64,000 nucleotides of DNA from Planctomycetaceae bacterium (GTDB lineage Bacteria > Planctomycetota > Planctomycetia > Pirellulales > Pirellulaceae), in the NCBI GenBank assembly GCA_016794985.1, contig JAEUIQ010000047.1:134122-198121 (forward strand), read 5' to 3'. The notes beneath the pieces were generated by a model. The model did not search any database. It saw only the letters and a program-made list of their open reading frames with translations, and had not been told where the DNA came from. A program made the translations under genes and the position numbers. This document shows, one piece after another, positions 30,983-39,971 of the stretch (position 1 is its first letter; every line of letters begins with the position of its first letter).

Positions 30983-33019
30983 TTAGGCCTTCTTCTGAGC
31001 CGGTAATAGACTCATCGAAGCGGCTTTGGTCGCGCCAACTCCCAGGTTCTGAGCCATCCTCAGCAGCCCTTCCAATTGGTGCTGGATCGATTGATCTTCG
31101 GACTTGCCGATCAATTGGCCCAACAAGGCCGAAATCGTCAGATTCTTGATGTCGGCGCTAGATACCCCGAACAAATCAACAAAGTGTTGAACCTGTTGCT
31201 TGAAGTTCTGAGCATCTCCGTTGAAGAACGTTTCCTTCACGTCCGTCAAGACGCGACTCTCTTGAACCAGTCGGTCCACCTGCTTGCCAGCCGTCACGGA
31301 ACCGACGATCGCTTCGAAGAATTTGTTGTCGCCTCCCACGATATCGATTTTGGCCTTTTCCAGTGACTTCGCAATCATGCTGGCTTGAGCTTCGGCGATC
31401 CGTTGCTGGACCGCAATCGCTTCCAATTCGATGTCGCGATCTTTGTTCAATCGCAACTTGAACTCTTCGTGTTCGCGGCCCACGCCATCGAACAGCTTCA
31501 TCGCTTCGGCCTTTTGGGTGATACCCTTCGCATCCGCAGCAAACTTTAGTTCCATGACTTCGGCCTCGGCCGTGCCTTCCTTGCGCAAGGCCTCCGCCAA
31601 GGATTCCTTGCCACGCGCCTGAGCTTGCAAGCTGCGTTCGGTGACTTCCGCTTCGGCCAAGCCCGGGGCCGCTGTCTCGACTTTGAGAGCTTCGGCCAAC
31701 AATTTCTTGCCTTCCGATTGCTTTTCGGCCGCGTTGCGTTCGGCTTCTGCACGAATGATGACCGTTTTGGCAGCGTGCTCCTGAGCCTTGAGTTCCGCCT
31801 CGGCTTTCTTGATCTCAGCAACCAATAACTGCTCGGCTTCTTCTTCGGCCTTGGTCACAGCGACGCGTTTGGAACGGTCCGCACCCGCGTATTGTTTGGT
31901 GTCTTCGATGCGTTCTTGTTCTTCGACAACCGCTCGTTCCACCATCACGCGCTGACGAATAACTTCTTGAATGTTCTTCTTTTCGACTTCGACAACCTTT
32001 TCCTTTTCTATCTGAGCCAAGGTCACCACTCGTTCTCGTTCGGTGATTTCCAAACCACGATCTTTTTCGACACGTTCGGTCTCGACCGCGTCGGTTCGCT
32101 CTTTATTCTTTTGAGCTACGATAATCGCGCGGAGACGATTCTCTTCGGCAATCGCAATTTCTTCGTCGGCACCGATCCGAGCCAATTCTGAACGTTGCCG
32201 TTCTTGTTGCGCAACGATTTCGGCTTCCGCCCGTTGGCGAGCTTCAATTTCGGCAATTTCGCGTTGTTGTTTCTCTTCCGCCTCGCGTTGTTGACGTTGA
32301 AGGGCCAAAATCGCTTCCTTGGCTTCCACGTCTTGTTTGGTAATCGTCTTTTCGCGTTCTCGGCGGATCAAGTTGGCTCGGACTTGTTCCTGAGCCGTCA
32401 ACTCCGTAATCTTCTTAATACCTTCGGCATCCAAGACGTTGTTTTCGTTCAGCAATTCGATCGAGGTCTGTTCCAAATAGTCGATCGACGCATCGTCCAA
32501 GACGTAACCATTGAGATCCTTACCGATAACACGCAGAATCTCTTCACGGAACTTGTCGCGCTCCGTGTACAGTTCCGTGAAGTCGAAATGCTTGCCGACG
32601 GTCTTGAGAGCTTCCGAGAACTTGGGTTCAAACAAAGCCATCAAAGCTGGCTGTTGGCTAGCACGTTCGCATCCTAAGAACTGGGCAACTTTTTGAACTT
32701 CTTCCGGCTTCATGTTCACCCGGACGAAGAATGCCACTTCGATGTCCGCTCGAATGTTGTCTTTGCAGATCAAGCCGTCTTGACCGCGTCGTTTGATTTC
32801 GATGCGTTTGACCGAGATATCCATCCACTCGACCCGATGCAGAACAGGAATGCAATGCAATTTATCGAAGGCGACTTTGGTGCCACCGGTACCATTGCGT
32901 ACAATCGCCGTACCTTGTTTGACGATCCGAAGCGTCATCACGTAGAAGACGGCAACACCGAGGAAGATAAATGCAATCGCAGCTACGGCGACAATTCCAA
33001 TAATCCATAGATCAAACAT
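30983..33019 (-). CDS. flotillin-like SPFH/band-7 protein (YqiK/FloT type) with very long Glu/Ala/Arg-rich coiled-coil
   Basis: N-terminal TM hairpin (IIGIVAVAAIAFIFLGVAVFYV), SPFH core (…IVRNGTGGTKVAFDK…PVLHRVEWMDISVKRIEI…), then EA-repeat coiled coil. 678 aa. Confidence 0.85.
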   Translation of the reverse strand: MFDLWIIGIVAVAAIAFIFLGVAVFYVMTLRIVKQGTAIVRNGTGGTKVAFDKLHCIPVLHRVEWMDISVKRIEIKRRGQDGLICKDNIRADIEVAFFVRVNMKPEEVQKVAQFLGCERASQQPALMALFEPKFSEALKTVGKHFDFTELYTERDKFREEILRVIGKDLNGYVLDDASIDYLEQTSIELLNENNVLDAEGIKKITELTAQEQVRANLIRREREKTITKQDVEAKEAILALQRQQREAEEKQQREIAEIEARQRAEAEIVAQQERQRSELARIGADEEIAIAEENRLRAIIVAQKNKERTDAVETERVEKDRGLEITERERVVTLAQIEKEKVVEVEKKNIQEVIRQRVMVERAVVEEQERIEDTKQYAGADRSKRVAVTKAEEEAEQLLVAEIKKAEAELKAQEHAAKTVIIRAEAERNAAEKQSEGKKLLAEALKVETAAPGLAEAEVTERSLQAQARGKESLAEALRKEGTAEAEVMELKFAADAKGITQKAEAMKLFDGVGREHEEFKLRLNKDRDIELEAIAVQQRIAEAQASMIAKSLEKAKIDIVGGDNKFFEAIVGSVTAGKQVDRLVQESRVLTDVKETFFNGDAQNFKQQVQHFVDLFGVSSADIKNLTISALLGQLIGKSEDQSIQHQLEGLLRMAQNLGVGATKAASMSLLPAQKKA

Positions 33020-33021
33020 GA

Positions 33022-33684
33022 CTACTTCTTACCTCCCACGGTTGCGATCAAATAAGTGTTGGACTGTGAATCATGCGACAAGATCTGGACGACCTCGCCT
33101 CTCTTAAAGCGATCCATCGCAGCCGCTCGCGCATTGAGCACGATTGGCGGTCCTTGTTGTTCAATGGTAACCTGCCCAAATGTTTCGGTAACTTCGCTGG
33201 TTGTCACGGTGGCTAATTTGCCCACTAAAGTGTTTTCAAGTTCGCCGTGATTCTTGCTCATCTCGTCGAAGAACGACAGAAACGGCAAAAAGAACACTTT
33301 AGTCAGGAGCAAGCTTCCCGCCATGATCGGAGCCCACAACCACAGACCACGAGTTATTTCGGCACTCGGGTTCCAAAAGAGATTGGTGGAGACCGTCGCT
33401 GTCCAAAACACGAGCGCGAAGACTGATACCAGGAACATGGTTGGCACACGTCCCAGATAAAAGAATCCCAACACTGCTTTGAACGCTCCTCCCACTCCGA
33501 CCGTGGCACTCGCAACGTCAGGAACGCCTTCCGTTGGAACCGTGGGCTCAAAGTTCCAGTCGAAATCAAAAACCCCAAGGTCCAGCATCCCGAAAATCAC
33601 CAGCGACCAATAGAACAGTACCAGGATCAACAGGCCCGTTGCAGGCAAGTTGACTGGGTTAAAAAAACTCTGAATCGTTTCCAC
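33022..33684 (-). CDS. NfeD/YqiJ-like membrane protein (N-terminal TM helices + C-terminal OB-fold), partner of flotillin
   Basis: Three to four TM segments, then a C-terminal beta-rich segment (GKLATVTTSEVTETFGQVTIEQQGPPIVLNARA…GEVVQIL) like NfeD OB domains. The stop is 2 nt from the flotillin start. Confidence 0.7.
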   Translation of the reverse strand: METIQSFFNPVNLPATGLLILVLFYWSLVIFGMLDLGVFDFDWNFEPTVPTEGVPDVASATVGVGGAFKAVLGFFYLGRVPTMFLVSVFALVFWTATVSTNLFWNPSAEITRGLWLWAPIMAGSLLLTKVFFLPFLSFFDEMSKNHGELENTLVGKLATVTTSEVTETFGQVTIEQQGPPIVLNARAAAMDRFKRGEVVQILSHDSQSNTYLIATVGGKK

Positions 33685-34585
33685 GTCTTATCGCTCCTTC
33701 TGATCCGCCCGATAGACCATTGATTTTGGCGAGGTTCAATCCAAAGCCATTTCAGTTGTGCGCGAGTCCGCACACAAGTCCTTTAGCATTGAATCAACCT
33801 AGCTTTCAGCTTATGGCTGCCACCCTCCGATTGGGAAGGAGAACGCGGAGTGATTCGGGATTTTGGCATCTGTATTGCCCGAATTCCGGCTAAGTGTAAC
33901 TCGGATTTTTGCGCCTGGGCCGACTTTTTCAACGCAATGGCTGTTTTTTGCCAGCGGAATCGATTCAAACGGTCGTTCTTGCCATTTTGGCAGACGTCAA
34001 TCGCCACGCTTTTCAGCTCACGATCCTCTCGGGCCCCGCCCTCGCGATTCCAAAACAAACGTGCCTGGTTTCGCTTCGGCAATCGTGTTAGGCTCGCCCC
34101 ATCACTTGTCACTTGCTGGATAAAGTGTTCGACGCAAGACGAGAGAACCTGTACGATAAGAAACCTTCATAACCGACCCGCGGCGTGGGCCGCGGGATCC
34201 CTAAACGCTCTCTGTGCGATTCATTGTCATGATGGCCAACAAGAATTGGTGTCGCTCAGGAGTGGCTCGAATCATTAATCAACCATTCATAGCCGTGGCC
34301 AAGTTATCGGTAAGCCAACCTCGCACAAATAAGGTTTCGGATTTAGGGACAATCCTTGTGAACCGCCGCTCAAACATCAACGGTTCGAGATTGCGGAAAG
34401 AGACACGTCCGTCGCGAACGGAATGTTTGGCGGTCAATCGGATGCCGAATATGACGCTTGTACGGAAATTGACATTCGAATTGCAGTTTCTTGATCGCGC
34501 AGCGGATCTTTTCGTGCGCGAGACGGGCCGCAGAATACTAAGTATCAGTGTGAACTGAAAACCGTTTTTCTTCTAGGATCCCGAA

Positions 34586-34942
34586 ATGCCTGGCCCGACC
34601 TCGGACTCGGTCCTCTACAGTGAAATTCAAGACGATCAAGAAATGCTTCCGCTGATCGAGCATTTTGTTTGTCGTTTGATCGACAAGTCGGATCGCATGT
34701 TCGAGCTATTGAAGAGTCGACGCTTCGATGAAATTGCGCAATTGGCGCATCAATTGAAGGGTGCCGGCGGTAGCTATGGTTATCCAACGCTCAGTGATGC
34801 TGCTCGAGCCGTTGAATTCTCTGCCAAGCAAGAACCAGAAGTCGAAAACATTCGGAATCTGATTGCTAATCTGGCTGACTTGTGTCATCAAGCAACTCGC
34901 GGCCTGCGAGCAGGTGCTTGTGAAGTCGACTACTTTAGTTAG
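34586..34942 (+). CDS. stand-alone histidine phosphotransfer (Hpt) domain protein
   Basis: AHQLKGAGGSYG is the classic Hpt HxxKG motif. 118 aa, all-helical. Confidence 0.7.
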   Translation: MPGPTSDSVLYSEIQDDQEMLPLIEHFVCRLIDKSDRMFELLKSRRFDEIAQLAHQLKGAGGSYGYPTLSDAARAVEFSAKQEPEVENIRNLIANLADLCHQATRGLRAGACEVDYFS

Positions 34943-35999
34943 AGTTCGTCGCTTGCTCGCAGCAGTTCGAAAGCAACGATCCGCCATTAAGGAATCGAGC
35001 AGTCGCTTCTTGGACCCGTCGATTCTCCATGATCAACGAGTGGACCGCCGGAACGATCAGTCTCTGCGTCACACCCGGTAGTTCCGTTTCGGCAACCGAC
35101 ACAATCAAGTCACTGGGCGTCTGGACCATTGGGTTCCAGCGTCCCAACTTGGTGTCACCCGAGATAATCGCTACGGGGCATGGTGGGACAGCCAATCGAT
35201 CGGCAACCTCGTTCCACCTGCCGCCCAACTGCAGACCCGTTCGTCCTGTTATCAATTGAAAGACGCCCGTGTAGCCTAGGGCCCTAGCCATCGAAGAGCC
35301 TTGATTCGGCGGCGCCAACATGACCACTCGATCCAATCGTTCCAAATATCGTCGCGTCATCAACCCGCGTTGCCAGTCTCCAATCATGTTTCTGACGACG
35401 ATGTTTCCCAAGCTGTGCCCAACAAAACTGAGACGTGGTTGCCCAGGCAAATGCTTAATGACCGCAGACAGGGCGGCAGCGTGTCGCGCGATCGTTGCAC
35501 GAGAACTCGCATAGCGAAAGTCGACCACCATTGGCCAGCCATGCAGCGACAAGAAACGCCCTAAGCTTCGCAGCGAAGAGCTCGTGCGCATCAAACCATG
35601 AACCAACACAACCACGCGCTGCGATTCATTCTCAGGAATCTGCGCACGACTGTTGTGGTACGCCGTCAAACAACTACGAATATCTCCGCTCTTGATGCAG
35701 CGGTTTGTCGGTGAAAGCACCCGCCAATGCCGTGTCAGTTGGTTCTGCTGCAAGCGAAGGCCGAACCACCAGCGAAAATCCGTCCAAAATTGTTTTCCGC
35801 CCAGCGTCGGGAGCCCAATTCTCGCGAGGCTGCTGCGAGCAGGCGCTTTGCGAGCAGGTGATGTGCGAGCAGGCGTTGTGCGAGCTTCTGACTGGTTCAA
35901 GTTGATACCTCTCCAATTGGTCACCTCGAAATCGCAATCGACTGGAGTACAATCTGTCCGGCGATCCCAGTTAACGGACCATGATATGACAATTCGCAA
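34935..35999 (-). CDS. alpha/beta hydrolase (lipase/PGAP1-like, GHSLG nucleophile elbow); start codon uncertain
   Basis: VVVLVHGLMRTSSS (oxyanion region) and FVGHSLGNIVVR (GxSxG). The N-terminus is encoded by a 15-bp tandem repeat. Confidence 0.6.
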   Translation of the reverse strand: MRIVISWSVNWDRRTDCTPVDCDFEVTNWRGINLNQSEARTTPARTSPARKAPARSSLARIGLPTLGGKQFWTDFRWWFGLRLQQNQLTRHWRVLSPTNRCIKSGDIRSCLTAYHNSRAQIPENESQRVVVLVHGLMRTSSSLRSLGRFLSLHGWPMVVDFRYASSRATIARHAAALSAVIKHLPGQPRLSFVGHSLGNIVVRNMIGDWQRGLMTRRYLERLDRVVMLAPPNQGSSMARALGYTGVFQLITGRTGLQLGGRWNEVADRLAVPPCPVAIISGDTKLGRWNPMVQTPSDLIVSVAETELPGVTQRLIVPAVHSLIMENRRVQEATARFLNGGSLLSNCCEQATNSN

Positions 36000-37038
36000 T
36001 GTTCCAATAGTTCTTTGCTTGTTTCTGGCGACATTCTCGCCTCATTCTGCATCGTGCGCGCAACCCGATGATTCGACGGAATTGGCGGCGGCGTCGCTAG
36101 TCGAAAATGCTGTTTTCGCGGCCACCGATAGTTTGGATCTCTCCGGGTCGGAGACGGGTGACGCCGGAGCTTGCCTTGGTGGGTTGCGTTGGCAACCTGC
36201 CAAGTTTCAAGTCACACTGGAAAAGCCACAGCGAGGTTTCGGAAACTGGTTGGTTCGATTTCCTTCACCGAAGCCGATGGGCGATGCGACGATCGACCGG
36301 GTGGCCATGGAGTGGTACCAAGCCAAGAATGAAGATGGCGATCCGCTGGTTGCGCCCGCAATCGTGGTCGTGCATGAATCGGGCCGCAGTATGACCGTAG
36401 GCCGACTGATTGCCAAAGGTCTTTCGGGCATGGGCGTGCATGCCTTCCTGATTCAATTGCCGGGTTACGGGCAACGTGGAAAACTACCCGAAGCAGACCC
36501 TCGCAAACTCCTTGACGTTCTACAACAAGCCGTTGCGGACGTTCGCCGTGCACGAGATGCGGTCGCGATTCTGCCGCTGATCAATAACAGGCGAATTGGT
36601 TTGCAAGGGACAAGCTTGGGCGGGTTCGTGACGGCCGCCGTCTGTGGCCTTGACCACGGTTATGATTGCCAGTTTGTATTCTTGGCCGGTGGCAACTTGC
36701 ACGATGTTGTGCTCAAAGGTCAGCGGGACGCTGCCAAGATACGGGAGAAGCTTCAAGCGGCTGGATTGTCGGACGACGAGATTATGGCGTTGGCGAATCC
36801 GATTGAGCCACTCCGCATCGCTCATCGCGTGCGTTCCGAAACGACTTGGCTTTACTCCGGGACCAAGGATGACGTCGTGCCGCCGAGCTGTTCCCATGCT
36901 TGGGCTGCGGCTGCCAAGTTATCGGATTCGCACCACATTCAGATGCCGGTTGATCACTACTCCGGTGTGTTGTACTTGCCGAAAATCCTTGGTGAAATTC
37001 GCGAGATCATGCTTGCGGTGCCCCAGGCCGACGAATAA
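35986..37038 (+). CDS. secreted alpha/beta hydrolase (dienelactone hydrolase/peptidase S9-like). The ORF-track start at 35653 is probably too far upstream; the signal peptide begins at Met 35986.
   Basis: MTIRNVPIVLCLFLATFSPHSASCAQ signal peptide, GLQGTSLGGFV nucleophile elbow, downstream Asp/His candidates (…DDVVPP…HHIQMPVDH). Confidence 0.65.
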   Translation: MTIRNVPIVLCLFLATFSPHSASCAQPDDSTELAAASLVENAVFAATDSLDLSGSETGDAGACLGGLRWQPAKFQVTLEKPQRGFGNWLVRFPSPKPMGDATIDRVAMEWYQAKNEDGDPLVAPAIVVVHESGRSMTVGRLIAKGLSGMGVHAFLIQLPGYGQRGKLPEADPRKLLDVLQQAVADVRRARDAVAILPLINNRRIGLQGTSLGGFVTAAVCGLDHGYDCQFVFLAGGNLHDVVLKGQRDAAKIREKLQAAGLSDDEIMALANPIEPLRIAHRVRSETTWLYSGTKDDVVPPSCSHAWAAAAKLSDSHHIQMPVDHYSGVLYLPKILGEIREIMLAVPQADE

Positions 37039-37306
37039 CGCCTCGTTGCCTGTTGAAGGCTCGCCTTTATTGTCGCTTTGCGCCTGAGTTCGTGTGTCCG
37101 AGTTCGGGTGTTTGAGTTTGTGCGCTAAAGTTTGACCGCAAGTCGGTCAAAAAATCTCAGTCACGCTCCCTGTGCCGACCGCTCTGCGAAAGTGGGGCAC
37201 TACTTTTTGAGCAGAAACCGGACGTGAGCGTCCAACCTTTTTCCCGACTTATTCGGCGAAAAGGCATTACAGCAAAGCTGTTTCAACTTCGGGCAGTGTT
37301 GCGGAA

Positions 37307-38986
37307 TTGCCTGAAATAGCTGACCGCTACAATCGGAAAAGTCGAGTCCAGATCTTCACCAAAGAACCAGTTTTGCCGAAAAGTTCGAAGATTCGACTTT
37401 TTGGGCCAATATTGGATGTGACGACTATGGCGTGGTCAAGACTGTCTCGACTTGTCTTTGGGTTATCCTGTTCGTTGGTTTGGTTCGCCGTACAGTCGGC
37501 GCTCTGTGCCCAGACTTCGACCGTTCAAAACCCGCGGTTGCACGCGTCGAATCGTCCACATCAAACCAAGAGACCCGCGGCTGACCAAGAAAATCGCGAT
37601 GGTCGCAAGCCTGCGGCCAAATCTTCAGTTGCGCCTACAGACGGTTCGGTGGACCGGACGGAGGTTAAGGATAGTGGCAGCAACCGATTGGCATCAGATC
37701 GGAAGTCGGTTCCTGCCAGCAACGCCAGTTACTCGCGCGGGCCAACTGATTCGTCTTCGGGAGCGATACAAGAGCCAGATTCGAGTGGAGAAACGGACGA
37801 TCGCGTGGCTGGGCAAACCACCGACGCCAACACCATCGAACAGGCCGCGAATGACGCTGACGACGCCTCAGAACCAGAGACCTGGCGTTTGTTCTCTGGG
37901 CCGATGCTGGATCGCCATCAAATCGAAGTCGGTGGCTGGTGGTCGAATGGTTATACTTGGAATCCATCCCGACCCACGAATCGCTTGAACGGTCTGAACG
38001 GAGTCAACGATCGGGCCAACGACTACATGTTTCATCAACTCGGATTGGGGATCGAAAGAGCGGTGGACCCGTCGTTGGCCGACTATCAATGGGGTTGTCG
38101 TGTCGACCTGATGTACGGAGCCGACGCTCGCTTGGTCCAGTCGGCGGGGTTTGATGACACTTGGCATTCGGGGCGTTTCGTTTCACTCGCCGTCCCACAG
38201 GTCTATGCGGAATGGTTTGACCCGAACCTGAACCCATGGGGACAAGGCGTGACGTTGCGTGTGGGTAGGTTTTGGTCGCCGATCGGATACGAGGGTGTTC
38301 CGTCGTTGGACCGCTTTTTCTTCTCGGCCACCCACGCATTCATGCTGGCTCAGCCGTCAACCCACGTTGGCGTGATGGCAACGGCGGATGTCGGCCCAAA
38401 TTGGACGACCCAAGTGGGACTGGTCCGCGGTTGGGATGTCACAACAGACAACAACAAATCCCCCGGCTATTTGGGGACATTAAATTGGCTCAGCGATGAT
38501 GAAGCGACGTCGGTGACCCACGTCTTGTATCACGGGGACGAAACGGACAACTTGTCCGATGCCCAAACAACTTACGAACTGATTTTGACGCGGCAATTGA
38601 CCGAGCAATGGAGTTACGTGGGTTGGTTCGACTTTAACTTCGCCCAACGAGTTGCCACGAACTCGGTTGGAGACCCCAGTAATGGCCAATGGTTCAGTTT
38701 GAATCAAGCCTTGCTGCATGCCATCACCGACCGCACTTCGTGGGGTGTTCGTGGAGAATGGCTCCACGACAACGATGGCGTTGTTATCATCAACCCGGAA
38801 ACTGGCGATCCATTAGGACAAGGAAATTTGTTCGGAGTCACGTTCGGAATCAACCACACCCCGACCATGAACTTGTTGCTTCGTCCAGAACTCCGATGGG
38901 ACTGGTCAAGTGGCGGACTACCGTTCGACGATCAAACGAGTAGTCGCCAGTTCACCGCTGGTTTCGATGTGGTGTTGTCGTTCTGA
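37307..38986 (+). CDS. putative outer-membrane beta-barrel (porin-like) protein with low-complexity N-terminal region; probable start is Met near 37426 (MAWSRLSRLVFGLSCSLVWFAVQSALCAQ)
   Basis: Signal peptide, then a polar Ser/Asp/Thr-rich region. C-terminal ~380 aa with alternating amphipathic beta pattern, Trp/Tyr/Gly-rich, ending …FTAGFDVVLSF (terminal aromatic typical of OMP beta-barrels). Confidence 0.5.
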   Translation: MPEIADRYNRKSRVQIFTKEPVLPKSSKIRLFGPILDVTTMAWSRLSRLVFGLSCSLVWFAVQSALCAQTSTVQNPRLHASNRPHQTKRPAADQENRDGRKPAAKSSVAPTDGSVDRTEVKDSGSNRLASDRKSVPASNASYSRGPTDSSSGAIQEPDSSGETDDRVAGQTTDANTIEQAANDADDASEPETWRLFSGPMLDRHQIEVGGWWSNGYTWNPSRPTNRLNGLNGVNDRANDYMFHQLGLGIERAVDPSLADYQWGCRVDLMYGADARLVQSAGFDDTWHSGRFVSLAVPQVYAEWFDPNLNPWGQGVTLRVGRFWSPIGYEGVPSLDRFFFSATHAFMLAQPSTHVGVMATADVGPNWTTQVGLVRGWDVTTDNNKSPGYLGTLNWLSDDEATSVTHVLYHGDETDNLSDAQTTYELILTRQLTEQWSYVGWFDFNFAQRVATNSVGDPSNGQWFSLNQALLHAITDRTSWGVRGEWLHDNDGVVIINPETGDPLGQGNLFGVTFGINHTPTMNLLLRPELRWDWSSGGLPFDDQTSSRQFTAGFDVVLSF

Positions 38987-39002
38987 GACAGCAGGCGGAT
39001 GA

Positions 39003-39935
39003 TTACATCTTGCTGCCGGTCGTTTTAGTTAAGGCCATGAATGCCGATTCGAGATTCGTTTCTTCCTCGGCAAATTGGGTCAGCTCCAGCCCATTCTGAA
39101 TCAAGCGAGTTGCCAGAGAACTAAAGTCGGTTTCTTGTTGTTTCAGGGTAACGACCAAACGTCCATCTCCGATCACTACCGAATCAACAAACGCAGCGCC
39201 TTCCACGACCTCTTTGGCGCGATCCAATTGTTCCTTCACGGCGATACGCACAACCACGCGATCGCGAACTTGTCGCATCACGTCCGCCACACTGGAGTTC
39301 ACTTCCAAGATACCACGATTGATAATACCAACTTTATTACAGATATCGGCCAACTCTGGCAAAATATGACTGGATACAATGACCGTCTTGCCCATCTGAC
39401 CCAAGCGACGTAGCAAGTTTCGCATTTCGATACGAGCGCGAGGATCCAAGCCGCTCAGGGGTTCGTCCAGCAACAGGACCTGTGGATCATGAAGCAGGGT
39501 ACGAGCCAAGCCCAGCCGTTGAGTCTGGCCGCGCGAGAGTGTGTTCGCGTAGGCATCACGCTTGAACATCAAATCAACAATCTCAAGCATTTCTTCGCAA
39601 CGAGCCCGCCGAGCCGCGCCGTTCAAACGATAGGCTGACGCAAAAAATTCTAAGTACTCGATTACCTTCATGTCGTCGTAAACGCCGAAGAAATCCGGCA
39701 TGTAGCCGACCAAACGCCGGATTTCTTTCGGGTTATTGTAAACCGAATGTCCACAAACGTAAGCTTCGCCTGAAGTTGGTTCGGACAAAGTTGCGATGAT
39801 CCGCATCGTGGTTGTTTTGCCAGCACCGTTGGGGCCGATGAATCCGAACAAATCGCCCTGCTGCAAGTCAAGACAGACGTCTTGGATCGCATAGAAGTCA
39901 CCGAACTTCTTCGTTAGTTTATCAACGCGAATCAC
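39003..39935 (-). CDS. ABC transporter ATP-binding protein (ABC-2/gliding-type subfamily)
   Basis: Walker A GPNGAGKTTT, Q-loop, signature LSRGQTQRL, Walker B LLLDEPLSGLD, H-loop SSHIL. C-terminal ~80-aa extension. Confidence 0.85.
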   Translation of the reverse strand: MIRVDKLTKKFGDFYAIQDVCLDLQQGDLFGFIGPNGAGKTTTMRIIATLSEPTSGEAYVCGHSVYNNPKEIRRLVGYMPDFFGVYDDMKVIEYLEFFASAYRLNGAARRARCEEMLEIVDLMFKRDAYANTLSRGQTQRLGLARTLLHDPQVLLLDEPLSGLDPRARIEMRNLLRRLGQMGKTVIVSSHILPELADICNKVGIINRGILEVNSSVADVMRQVRDRVVVRIAVKEQLDRAKEVVEGAAFVDSVVIGDGRLVVTLKQQETDFSSLATRLIQNGLELTQFAEEETNLESAFMALTKTTGSKM

Positions 39936-39971
39936 GAAAAGTTCCTTTGTGGGGAGTGCGGTCTTGTTATT

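Noticed and set aside
33783-34560. Small ORFs (60-142 aa) in the ~900-bp gap between the NfeD-like gene and the Hpt gene
   Set aside because: They overlap each other in mutually exclusive frames and have no motifs. The region is more likely a long divergent promoter or UTR.
35653-35985. Upstream 111 codons of ORF 35653-37038
   Set aside because: A clear signal peptide begins at Met 35986. The upstream part is encoded by the 15-bp tandem repeat and overlaps the divergent gene, so the shorter gene model is preferred.
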